Below, one piece after another: positions 1 through 12,565 of a stretch of 64,000 bases of DNA (positions are counted from its first letter, which is position 1; each line of letters starts with the position of its first letter). The notes below the pieces were generated by a model, which saw only the letters and a list, made by a program, of their open reading frames with translations, had not been told where the DNA came from and made no database searches. Both the position numbers and the translations under genes were made by a program. Origin of the DNA: Fimbriosthenelais zetlandica (lineage: Eukaryota); contig OZ365115.1 of NCBI GenBank assembly GCA_977030845.1, positions 31,186,001 to 31,250,000 on the forward strand. Reading direction: 5' to 3'.

Positions 1-364
1 ATAAACAGATAAACTGTCTAAGTTAATGTGAATAATATATAATACCTCAGGTAGTGGTTATTATATAATTATGCCATTACGAACCTACCTTAGTGTGGCC
101 ATGGGGTATTTTTGTATTACTTTTGTATACAACTTATTTCATGTGTACTTCATGGACTAAACATGGGCTAAGGGGGCTAGATTAAGAAATCACCCCAAAC
201 TTCCTTTCTAACTTCCATAATTATCTATCAAGGGGATCGGGATTGATACTATGATAGAATGTGATGAAAAGGGGTTCCCAATTGCATATATCGGTGTTGT
301 GGTATAAATTTCAGTAAATGATCATACGAAAACCGAAACTGAAAGAAAAGTAAGAGAATGGTAC

Positions 365-489
365 CTCAGGATCCGCTTGCAATGGGTACACTTGAAACAC
401 ATCTTGTGATAGATGTTTTTGTCGGCGATCATTTTTTCCATCTCGTAGACACGCTTGTCACAGAGGGCACAACGGTTATCCCCAGCTCC
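365..489 (-). CDS. LIM-domain exon (first zinc knuckle and start of second), EPLIN/LIMD2-type
   Basis: Acceptor tgttgttttcag, donor GAG|gtacca, 125 nt, phase 0 to 2. Encodes GAGDNRCALCDKRVYEMEKMIADKNIYHKMCFKCTHCKRIL(S) = C-x2-C-x17-H-x2-C-x2-C-x2-C, six of eight LIM ligands. VY.ME..IADK..YH..CF.C..C resembles LIMD2/LIMA1 LIMs as I recall them. Missed by the ORF track. Confidence 0.92.
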
Positions 490-3400
490 CTGAAAACAAC
501 AGTCGAAACATCGTTATGAACTACATAGAAATTAAAATAATAGTTACATAGTTTGTAGTCAAGGCTAGAGGCATGATTATCTCGCTGAAAAATTATAAAG
601 TATTGTAAAGTTATGTTGAGATTTAAAGGTAAAACATTTATGATTCTCACAGATTAAAATCAGGTAAATCATTTTTATTATTAAAAATTCTGTAATAAAA
701 ATAAAAAGGTACTATCTCTCTAGAATAGAAAGAACTGAAAATATGTTTATACTTATGTTATTTTTGGTAGAATTGGAAAATAGTCTGTCAAAGAATTTTA
801 TCAATTTGTATGAATTTATATCATATAAATCATGTACAGGATTTAAGGCTTTATGATCTATTTCATCTTGAAATTTAAATCATTACTACACGAGAGAGGT
901 ATATTATAATTCCATACAAAAAGCAATTATTTACAAAATGAAATGGCCTGATTAAACCATTCAAAAAGATTTCCGAATGTTTGTATATATTAATTCAGCC
1001 TTGTTTTTTTTGCTTGCATTCAAAATAATAAACATGCAACAGTTCTGTTTTGAGACATTGACCCATGCTTTCCCTGAAGCTTTTTGCGTCGAGACTGAAG
1101 AGCCCCAAAGATCATCCCATAGCAATATTATATATGACAACTTTACAAATACCATAGTACAACTGGTAAATTACTATTACACATTTTAGCAATACCATGG
1201 TACACATTTCTTGAGTAACTAATAGTCTTTCCTATACCCATTAATATTAAGATCTAACCTATCAAATTCTAACCCTATATAGCTAACCCAAGATAATGCA
1301 CTACTTTTCCTCCAGAAATTATCACTAGATTCACTACACAATATTTTTACAAGCTTAATTCAATATCACTGCTCTATAACACATTTTACTTCTCAGAAAC
1401 CGATCTAAAGTGCATTAAGTTTGAGGCTAAATGCTTATTCCGTCATAAAGGTTTTGTATCTAGAGAAGGAATTGTTAGTGTTAGTACAGAGGCCTGCCCG
1501 TATCGTGCCTTAATTGTATATTGTTAGATGAACCATGTTCATTTCAATGCTTAATGATCAAGTTTCAATTCCACTCTGGTGTCCACCATTCCCAGTTCCT
1601 GAGTGATAAACATATTCAATTCTCAAAAGTCAATTATTGATTCCTAAAAAAACTTTCAATTTACAGAATTCAAATATCTGACGTTTTGTCAGAACTACTC
1701 GCATTTATTTCAGAATTTAAAATGGAATTTGGAATGAATTAACTAAAATAATTTTGATAAAGCAATTGATATAGCTGTGACAATTGAACATGTCATCATA
1801 TCAGAAATGGGTGAAGCCAATGGTGAACGACCAATGTGCAATACTGTGAAGGGAAATATCCCAGATTGAGCAGCAGCGTGTAGGAGTCACAACCTGTGAA
1901 GGCCCATAGATTAGTACAAACTGCATGATTTATATATATACAATATGACAACAGAAAGCTGGTGTCTAGTTATGTGTCAATCTGGCAGCTTGAGAAAGCC
2001 TTAAGGTTGAAAATAACTCAGTCTATACCGCTTGCGACTGCAACGTGAAAGGAATTATACAACTATTAGAGTGAACAAAGGGTGGCAGAATATAAAACCT
2101 TCCCTACATATAACATTGTAAAATCATTAACATGATTTTATAAGAGTTATGATTAATAAAACATCTTATAATCAAGAACTTTGACTCATGGGATCAGCTT
2201 AGGGTATAAAAGAAGCTTGGGATGGCTGAGCGATGGAGTGGGGCAAGGGAACGAGGGGAGGGTTGGAATGAAATTTTATGGAGAATATAAGAACTGAAAA
2301 CGGTTTTAGAATATTTAAGTGAATTTCTGGTAAATTATGCTTGTTTCTGAGTTGTATAGTTTTGTATGGAATATTGTGTGGGAATAAGAATGAGAAAGCC
2401 CAAACTGGAAGGACACCTAGTGATATGGGCATGAACTATTCAACAGGTTTCACTGCCTACATTTGCCTGACTGCAGGTGCCACAAAAGTGAATCGCCTAG
2501 TTGACCTTGACGTTTGTCAAACGAATTGCCTATGCAATCCAACAGCATCGCATCAACTGTCAGGAAAATGTAGACAACTCAAAAAGGGGGAAAGACTAAT
2601 CCTCTGAGGCTTTCAGTTGACCTTTGAGCTTGCATCCCATACAAAGGGATGTTATGTGGAATTCTGTCATTTTTGACAGGACATCATACACAGGGTCAGA
2701 GAAGGATTGAAAAAAATGGCCAAATCATGGAAGAATATACAAAAGTACACTTTCCATGTGTTGAAGTGTCTACATTTGCTTGACAGAAAAAGGCTGGATT
2801 GCAGAAACAATTCAGTCGATCACTTTGCAGCTTCCGTCGATCAAATGTGGATACCTCATGAGAATCACAACAACCTGAGTCCAGACAAGAAATGGCCAAG
2901 AAAGAAAAGGGAATTTATTTCGAAATGTATGATAGCAGGGCAAGATATACAAAGGCATGCAAGAATGTGTTAGTGGCATTCTCCTTGGCAGAATCAGGTG
3001 AATTAATTCTTTTCCTTATTTTCGTTTTAGATTCTTTCAATATTATCAATATGGGCGAGGGCATTTGCTTATCTTTAGAAACCATATTATTCTAAAATCA
3101 GTCTTGATGCTTTAAAGCTGCTTTGATTATTTAATCTCCTTAAAAATTAAATCAAGTAAGTAAGACTAAACAAGGGACTGAGATCGTGGTTCGCAGCAAC
3201 TCAACTGAGTTGAGTTAGAAGTAATGAGGAACCAAGAGCTCCTTAAGGTCATTCTTAATCTTCTTTCGATGAAAGATTTCTGAGGGAAGAATCTTTATTA
3301 CTTTGGCCAAAAAGATTGCTATCAGCTTAGAGATATGTGTGTGCAGAGCACATAGTAAGCCAGAGCATCACGAAGTAACACTGTAAGCATATCACAACGT

Positions 3401-3552
3401 ATGTACAGCGACACACGTGTTCAACCCTTGCCACCTAAGCTATAGTACAGTGTTGATGATTAACCAATTATTCATCAATCCAGTCCATGGTTTTGTCTCT
3501 CACTAACCATGGGGGATCTGTTTAAGGTGTGGGAGGCAGGGTTTGACTCTAC

Positions 3553-3765
3553 CTGTGGCAAGCTGAAGGTGGGCTTTTTGGTGGAGGTGGATGAGGAGGA
3601 AGAGAAGGTGGATGAAGAGCTGGTCCCTTTATCCGTATTCCAGATAGCAAGCAGTGAGCCGAAGGGTTTGGATGGTTTAATGGCCAGCTCAGGTGCTGGG
3701 TCAGATGCCCGTGCAGCCACCTCCACGACTCGCGGCTGCTGCTGCTCAACAGAGCCATCTTCCGG
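3553..3765 (-). CDS. Candidate Ser-rich cassette exon (phase 0-0), or terminal exon ending at TGA 3475
   Basis: 213 nt open: PEDGSVEQQQPRVVEVAARASDPAPELAIKPSKPFGSLLAIWNTDKGTSSSSTFSSSSSTSTKKPTFSLPQ. Donor CAG|gtagag; acceptor weak (ttttacctgaag). The plus strand is also open here. Confidence 0.35.
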
Positions 3766-5004
3766 CTTCAGGTAAAACCATCGAAAACCATTTCAATCAT
3801 GGTGATGCGGAATTCATATATTATTATACTGCTTAGGCTTGTTTTTATTAGGACTAAATGAAAACATTTAGAAAAAAATGAGGACTAGAAATCATCTCAC
3901 CATCTCTCAAAATTTACAAGTGAGTTAAAAAGGCCATTAAAACTTGTTTGTTAATCTTTTGATGAATATTCACTACATTGCAGATTAGGACATTAAAGAA
4001 GAGCTCCTAAAATAATGAGTTATTATTTCGTTCGAAAAAAGTCGGTCGAAAAGATTCTGTGATCACTATATATATTGCACAAAGTATATAAATCATAGTA
4101 CCAAAAACTGTACATCTTTTGTATTTTAAATAAATAATAAAATGAAATCCTCACTTCCTATATAGTGATGACTGCAAATTAAACATATCTGTTAAGTTGC
4201 ATGCTGGTGTATACTCTTTGATATTAGGAACTTAGGCCTTGTGTCGTTAATTTACAGGTGTGTAGGAAATGAGAGAGATGTGTGTATAGTCATGCAGCTT
4301 GGAGAATTATATTTTACTCAACCCTAGTTCACATTTTTCCTGCCTGGGGAGAGAGTGTGCTCTCACTCGGCCCACTAATGGTGCTTTGGCATTTTAAAAC
4401 CCTAGTAGGGGTTCCTGAGGAAGATTTGGGCAAGATCAGGGGGCTGAGGTCAAAGAGAAGGTCAATGGAAGGACTAGGTCATGCTAAGGGCAATGAAGGT
4501 ATAGTAAAAGACATCCATTTTACATTTCCATCCTCAGTCATCAAGTGGAAATGCCATCTAGCCATATAGATTCTCACACATATAAATACAAATAAATGTT
4601 AAGAAATTAAGTCAAATCTAAACATCGACATTTCTTTCTATTCAGTAAACAAAAAATATTGGTTTCAAGTTTCCAAATTAATAACGACAATGATAAGCAG
4701 ATAACTGCCAAACAAAATTGCAAAAGTTTTAACATAAAACCATGCGTATCTAACATTCATTAAAAAGAGAATTTTAACTTCAAAATTCATAAAGATGCTT
4801 CTCGTTAAAAAAAAACATGCGAAAACTGATTCCGAAAACGAACGAAAAAATTGTAAAAAAAATACATGCAAATAATCCTTTTCCTTAAACTTAAGTTCTT
4901 CCAATGCAATAAAACTAAAGATGCTAGCATAATGTGCTGAAGTGAAGTCATGATGTTAATGGTTGCTGGTCGTTTAATGGCTTTGTTATATAGTGATCAC
5001 TTAC

Positions 5005-5141
5005 CATGATGATAACGCCGGGAGCGTGCTTACTCTCTCGTTTTTCTTCTGGTTTGACATAACGCTTGGGCTGCTGGAAAGTAGGCAGGGTGTCCTCCAG
5101 CCGAGAAGGAGATGTAATCTCCTCACCACTCTCATAATTAC
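5005..5141 (-). CDS. Internal exon directly upstream of the LIM exon
   Basis: Acceptor attaattattcag, consensus donor ATG|gtaagt, 137 nt, phase 1 to 0: (G)NYESGEEITSPSRLEDTLPTFQQPKRYVKPEEKRESKHAPGVIIM, in frame with the LIM exon. Confidence 0.75.
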
Positions 5142-7183
5142 CTGAATAATTAATAACATCAACAATCAATAATCATTCATAATCCATCTAATTAAATATA
5201 CAATGTACGTTCGATCAACTACAGTGTACAACAGAAACATTATAAGAGTGAATCAGGTACTTGAAACCTACTCCTTTGTAATAATTACCATCTCTGGTAA
5301 CACTGATATCATTGCTTTATTGGGAATAGTTATTTGAATATTTATTAAATATTCAACGTGGGGAGGGGGACTGCAGGGATGGATGAGGATATAGTGGGGA
5401 AGGTAATCAGGAGATCAGGAAGGGAGGTGGTTTGTATGACAGGGCTAAAGTAAATTATTCTGAAAATAGAAAGTTCTCTTGTGGAAGCTTTGTGAATCAA
5501 AACTTGATGAGGTGCATTTTAACTAATCTTTTAATAACCATTTTTTAGAGGGGGGTGTCAACTATAAAGGGTTGATCTGGGTGTTCATGGATACATAACC
5601 TACCAGCGATAAGACTTGAATGGTGGTCTATTCTGTCCAGACTTCATCCCTTCATTGACCAATAAGGCCAGACTCGTGAGTGGTGGGTTAGTGACTATTA
5701 GTTTTATCAAAATCAAAAACTTTGCAATTGGAGGAACATCAACTCCAGACCATTCTCATAGCCAGGGAACTTCCATAGGATGAACAAACTACAGTGTTGC
5801 TAAGGGAATTATGTTCTCAAAACTCTGCCATAATTTATATCTATTATAGATTATTTATCCCTTAGTTTTCAAGGAAAAGCACAGACATTTTATCTAAGCT
5901 TTCTATGCCAAAACATCATCTATAATAGTCTAAATTGATCCCAACGGTCCTAAGTGCTTTCCTAGTATCCATACTTTTTAAAGGGGAACTGAAAACTGTC
6001 CAATGCACAAGAGATGCAACCTCACACTGAGTGAATTTTGTTAGGTTTAAAAGCAATGGATTTAACTGAACACGGTTAGTTTGCTAAGATAGATCACCTG
6101 AGAAGTGGGGCCCACTGTGAAGGGGGTTTGAGGGATAGTAGGAGGGAGGTATGGGGAATATATAGGTAGAGGTAATGGATGATGGAGGAGATATCATGCT
6201 GAGTGAAACGCGTATCAAGTATTAGGTCAGGTTCAAATATTTCAAAGATGCAAAAAAAAATCTAAACATAGTTTGAAAATTAAATCTACATGCCACATAA
6301 CCAGACAAAAATCAAATACATAACACAATGCAAACATGAACAATTTAGGTTACATTCTAAACAAGGTAGACTTCATACTGCATTTAATTGTGAACCAATT
6401 CCAATACATAACACAAAGAAAGTTTTCACACAAAACAACCAACTGGTTTACATTCAAAAGCAGTATAAAGAAGACCGTTCATTTTCACCGTGAAACATCC
6501 ACAACACAAGCATCCATCAGTCACTCATTCAATTCACATCAAGCATTCTTCCACAATTATGTCTTCAGTTTCTGGTCGCTCAGTGTCACATGAGGGGATA
6601 TACAAAATAGCTTTGGTAGAGGCCAGTATGGAAGTGTTCTTCAATTGAAAGTAATCTCTTCAGAAAGAAAGTCTGATCTTTGAACCAGGCTGCATCCTTT
6701 TCAAAAATGTCTCAGATTTAAATTTTGAGAGATGTCGATGGCCTTGAGTTTATATGACCGGAATTAACAATGCAATGTACAAAAAATATCACAAGGAAGA
6801 AATAAACTACACATTTATGCAACCTGGTTCCGTCTGAAATCAACGAGGGCATTTATTATTAGGGCTTCTTTGAGATGTTATATCAACAACATGTAAATAC
6901 TCTAGCAGGATATTCATTGCTAATTTTATACAAATTCTAGATTAAATTTCTTCAAATTCAATATTACTTGAAAGTGAAATTGTACTGTGCACAGTTGATA
7001 TATCATCACCAAAAACGCCATCAACCAGAGCAAGTGCTTACCTGAAAAACTGAACACAAAACCCCTGAGAGCACTTACTTAGTCTATTTGTAAAGTATAA
7101 TACACGAGTAAACCGTCGTTTTTTCTTGCTTTATTCAAAAGAACTTATAGCATAGAACAATTAAGATAGCACGTTACATGGGC

Positions 7184-7210
7184 GTTGTCATGATAACCAA
7201 TGGGCAATGA
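7184..7210. promoter_or_regulatory. X-box-like palindrome plus CCAAT box; candidate internal promoter
   Basis: GTTGTCATGATAAC (7184-7197) abutting CCAAT (7197-7201) in a locally CpG-richer patch. A consensus minus-strand donor CAG|gtaagc lies ~140 nt downstream at 7041. Confidence 0.45.
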
Positions 7211-10200
7211 GGAAGCGCCCGAACCAGCAAAGCGGCCCTATGCCCAGGACTCGACACACGGACTCCGAACAAGGTCATTGAACCACAAACAGAAACAGAT
7301 GAATCTTTACCTATCTGACATAGAACTGACATTCTGTCCTCCGGAACGAAACCAATTAAGATCTACACTCCCTTCTTTGTCTGTCAACAACATAATTTCT
7401 ATAACTGACCGTTTTTTACAGATCTCAAAATTACATGGTTACATCAGTGAACATTAAACAGTTAGATTTAGTCCTTTCTCAACATATCCGATATTTTTTC
7501 TCAACTGCACACGGACCTTCTGTTATTATCTGCACAGGTCTGATGGAAATGAAATATACAATTATAAATGATCTTTGAGCACCTTTGAGCACCTTTTCTA
7601 AAATTAAACTAGACATTTAAACAACTGCGAAGCCATGAGAGATGTATTTTGACCATTAGATAAAACAATTTGAAAGAAATAAAAGAAGCTAAAAACTTTA
7701 ACTGCAATTTACAATTTGTGTAATCTAAATCTGCAATGTCTATCTAAGCACTGGAGTAACATCAAGACTATCTACAGAGGCATGGGAGGGAGAATCTGAA
7801 CGAACATGAGACATATTTTACATATATAAATAATCATATATAAAAATGATAAAAAAAAACAAAATAACTGATCTGTTGTTCCCTACACGTTAGAAAAAAA
7901 TGAGCTTGCCATAAACAGCTGGCATGTAGAATGGGAAACACATACACTGAGAAAATACTGTTCTTCTGCACAATAAAATCATTGAACTTTTACAGGTGAC
8001 AGACATTTTGAATTTCCTTAAAAATCAACGAGATCTTTGAAAACACTTTGATATCTTGTTAACATGACCACTTCCAGATAATATCACTTCCCTGATTTCA
8101 TCACATAATGATGCATCATACTCTTTCACACTTGACTACACCATCACAAGAGGATTTGAAGCTACAGCTTGGACGACTGCACAAGCCATATCTTTTACAT
8201 TACGCTCAATAGAATCATGTAGTCCATGAATTTCCAATTCAATATCAACAAGACTTTTCCATTGGACAGGATTGCTCTGTTCCTCGTCACGTGGTCAGAT
8301 CTGCTCACCCATAGCCACAACGAATGAACAGATCAGCTCAGTGGTCGACAGAAAAAACCGGTGTATGAAACCAACCCTTGTTTGAAACCACCAAGAAAAC
8401 CACTGCCGACAACGTGCTGCCTACCATTTGGTAGATGGTTTCACTCTGTTTTTTTTTTAAACGCGGTCAGACCCACTCGAACATAGCCACAATGAGAGCG
8501 CGGGTCAGCTCAACGGCCAACTGGGTGAAACAATGAACGAAATAACGCCGTGAACATCCCAATGGAAATGGCACATACATTAAAAAAGGTGCCAAGAGGT
8601 CAAACCAACCCTCCATAGGATATGAGGAGCTTGTGCTCTAAAATTTAAATGCAGGATGTCTCCGACAGCTGTCAAACCCACAGAAGCGTCTCAGACAGCC
8701 TGCGACATTGGATGAAAAGAACACGACTCATTTGCATCCGACTCCCCAGGGTACCTCGGTTGGACGGCCGGGGTGGGATCCCCTGGATCTGCAGGGTCTT
8801 TATCTTACACAGATATAATTAACAAATCCTCCAAATCAGACCGTTATCTCACTAACTCCTGGCATACGTCATGATAGTGCAATTTCCAGTCATTTGTCAT
8901 TGATTAGCTCTGAATCAAGTGGCATCCGGTTAACCCAACCTAACTGACATTTTGAGAACGTAATTGGTTGGATCCCAGGCACCATTGGCTTGTGTTTGTT
9001 CATCTCTTATCTGGGCAATAAAACTGATTAAATACATCAGTTGAAACAGTGCAGGTGTCTTTCCTTGAAAAAAACCCATACACTCAAAGATCTTTCACAT
9101 AGTCAGATTTCAATCTTGCAGTATATGAACAAAGCAAGTCAAAGCTTTCTTCAACTTTGATCAAAGTCTGGGCCATGATGGAGCTGGTCGTATACATCTT
9201 CGTCAAGTACCAGCAGCTCTCAGACTTTTTGTATTGTTTGTAGTATTCTCTGTTTCTGCTTCCATCTGGTCTGGATTTATCTCTGTCAGACCCCAGAGTT
9301 TGGCATTTAGAATCTCTGGTCTAACTCACCATCCGTGAATAGTTTCCAAGAACTATTCTTCAGAGGTACAATTAGCCCCTTTTACATAAAACTGACACCA
9401 CCAACACCTGGGCTGTGAGGTGTACAGCAAATGTTTAAAATGTTTTGGTGAGAACTATTCCAGCCTATCCTTCATCAACGTCTGATGGTTTATCCCTGAA
9501 TTATTTGGATCACCCAAAGCAAGTGGACGGCTCAATGTACAGGGACCATTTGAGTGTAATGCCTAGATAACATCAGTGTAAGGGAGGAGGCAAGCTCGAG
9601 GAGCATACAACATGCGCGGCTCAGGTCATCAGCATCGTCTTTGACCTTAGGGGTGATATGGAAGGGGAAGAAATCGTTTGCTTTTAGTTTTTAGTTCAAC
9701 CCAAACCTCACACTTGTTCTGTTAAAAACTGCCTCACCATTTCAGGATCCCATCATTCGACCTTCAAATCAACTGGGCCACCAACCATGTGTGAAGAAGC
9801 TATATCCTTAAAAACTACAAATACGAAGGTGCATCTAAAACTAATAAAACTACGACTAAATGTACTAACCCTACTTTAACAATACTCAACAGTGCAGCCA
9901 AAACAAGTGTCCAAAGGGATTTGACAATTTGGGGCTTGTTTTGCCTATGAAAAACATAAAACAAGTCACAAAAATTCCAGAAATAACTATCTAGATGATA
10001 TACGGTACCTAACTGTAACGGGAATATAGCTAGTTCATACTGATGACCCAGGAATAGAACTAATTGTAAGTTGCATCCAGAATTGTAATTGATGCCAATC
10101 CATAACAGGACTAAACGTTGAATCTTAAATTTAAATGGAAAATTTCCATTTCGAAGGTTATCAACTTCATGCTAGTTTGCTGAATATTTAGTCAGCTAAA

Positions 10201-10475
10201 GCTGAATATGTATTCTGCTAAAGGATCCCAAATCTGCATCCACAAGATGGTCAAGATTAGTGAATAACGTTCGTAAAGACAGTTGGAAATGGTGGAAGGT
10301 GTTATAGATTAGATTTTACTGCAGTTAAATTGGCAGAGGTAGTGAGGGGGCAGGGTGTGGAATACGTTGTATGGTGTTTAGGATATGGCCCAGACAGTGG
10401 TGTATAACTGAGCAACTCATGGCTGGGGCGAGCTTCTCAAATGCTCACCATCCTACCTTAGAGCTGTTTGTTTAC

Positions 10476-10599
10476 CTAGAGCAGAACATATCTGCTCTTT
10501 TTTGTTGCCTTTTTTCACGCTAGGAGACTTGGCAAAGCCTCCTGCTCCTTGGGCCCCTGTCTGTGTACCGGGGGTTGTCTCAGCAGTAACCCGTGATGC
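10476..10599 (-). CDS. Candidate internal exon bridging phase 0 to phase 1
   Basis: Acceptor tcccccctgcctggtag, donor TAG|gtaaac, 124 nt: ASRVTAETTPGTQTGAQGAGGFAKSPSVKKGNKKEQICSAL(G). Supplies the phase required by exon 5141. Confidence 0.45.
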
Positions 10600-12552
10600 C
10601 TACCAGGCAGGGGGGACTTCTCAAAACATGCAAAAGAGCCGAATCAAAGATCTATTCGAAAACCTAGAGAAAAGCAAAAAAAGTTCCTCCTCGAATGAAT
10701 TAGATCTTTTAACTCGAGTTGTTTGGTCCGAAAATGTGCAAGAGGCACTCTTACTGATCCAAATAATTTAGGGTTGACTACATCAGACGAGAAAAGCAAA
10801 ATTCAGATTAGCAATGCATAAAAGTTGTTGTGACCAATGAGAAAGAAAAATGTTGGCATTTTACAGATTAAAATTCTTTTCTAAGAAGTATAGTGGGAGT
10901 GGAGGGGAGGGTACTGCAGAAGGCATGGCTAGACTGGTATTAGATTTTTTAACCTGCTCTGAAGAAACTGGCATTGGGGCTGCTACAGCGCTTCCACACA
11001 TTCCCTAGTCATTGAGATGAATACGAAAGATCCGGTGGAAGAAAGAAATCATTCCTCACACTTGACTGAAACCATCTATTCAACTTGACCTCAATGGAGG
11101 CCAAGGTCATTGCTAGGGAAACACCATGCCTGGGCCCCAGTGCCCTCCCCCAAACATTCACCCCTCTGGCCAACGCCTCCGACTATGGCACTCCCTTGGT
11201 ATTATCTTTCACTTTATCGTCTTGATTTATACTATTGCTAATCTTTTTCACTTTTCATTGCTGCTGTTATCACTGGTGGTCTGCCATGTAGGCTTGCTAG
11301 GCATTTCTTTTACTCTGCTGCGCTCACTGACTAGCGTCCTGATGCCAGAAAGTCTTGGGGAATCTTTTTAGAAAGTATTTCCCCTTTCTTAAGCTTCAGG
11401 AATATTATTTTAGTTTGAGGTGCTGGCATCGCCTCACTCCTCAAACAAAATCCTTCTGGAGTTTCTCTCTGACAAACTCAGCAGACTGCTTCGATATCAG
11501 AGTGAAAACCATTGTGTTTGTCCCAGTCAGGATACACAGGAAGGTGGGACAAAGTTAGTCTGAGAATAGTCTCTTAAAGTGTCAAAACATTTTTTTTCAT
11601 GCCGAATTGGTATTTCTGGAGGTTTTCTCGCTCATCTCAGTTCAATAGGTGAAGTTGTCTATGACATTGAGAAGCTGTTTTAGGTCTTAATTACATGAGG
11701 TCTCGAGGCATAATTTGGTAAGGAATGAGAGTATGGTTATGCACGGTAAGGTGTCAGGGTCGGGGTGGGCAGAATCCAGCCGGATGATCAAAACGGTGGC
11801 ATTCACCACCAAAACGACCAATGTAGACCGGCAGGACTCTTGCATCAACAATATATGATAAATATAGATATATAATATATGGGGAGCACACAGGGTTATA
11901 AAACAATCCAGGGTTGAAGCAGAATCTGCCCTGTGCCCCAACCCGCCGAACTGTACATGAAACCATAGGGTATGCACCCTGACATGGCCACATTCCCTCA
12001 CCCTTGGAAGAGCCTCTAGTCATTCAAAGTGGAATCATGGGATCATCACTTCTTTATTTGACACTGGTGCGGAGAAAGATGTCTGTGCTGTTCTGGCAAC
12101 ACAGATTGCATCTTTCACCAGCCTGTTCATGGGAGAATGGGTACATCGGTAGAGGCATGGCATCTTCCAGATTTCTGGTTTTGGGAAATTGTATTTTCAA
12201 CCCAAACAGATGGGAACATGCATCGCTGATTAGAACTTCAATTGCACTTCACTCAGTATGCCTAACTTTCTTGTGAGAATGTATTGATTTAATTTGATTA
12301 TGTACAATCACGGTCTGTCCTTTCCAGCAAAGTGGCATCCTCCAGCTGAGGGAGACATCCATGGTAGTTAAAGAAAAACAAGGACCGGGGCGGACCGGAC
12401 GATGAGGTTGATTGATAATAGGAAAGTAAACACTTGTATTTAACTTGGTGATACATGTAGAAAACCTATTGCTTTGGAGGGCTGATGAAGGTGAGAAGAA
12501 GGCGTAGGCAGGCCTAAGGCATGCCAACTATCTCATTGGTATTTCACTGGCA

Positions 12553-12565
12553 GTTGCTAGGCAAC
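12553..12565. promoter_or_regulatory. RFX X-box-like site
   Basis: GTTGCTAGGCAAC, with an inverted CCAAT (attgg) ~15 nt to the left. Confidence 0.45.

Noticed and set aside
2680-2997. In-frame TGA codons as selenocysteine
   Set aside because: No selenoprotein-like context and no SECIS-like hairpin recognised; nonsense decay is simpler.
9329-9346. KLFTDG on the minus strand resembling an RNase H motif
   Set aside because: Six residues in a short stop-bounded frame, with no other retroelement motifs.
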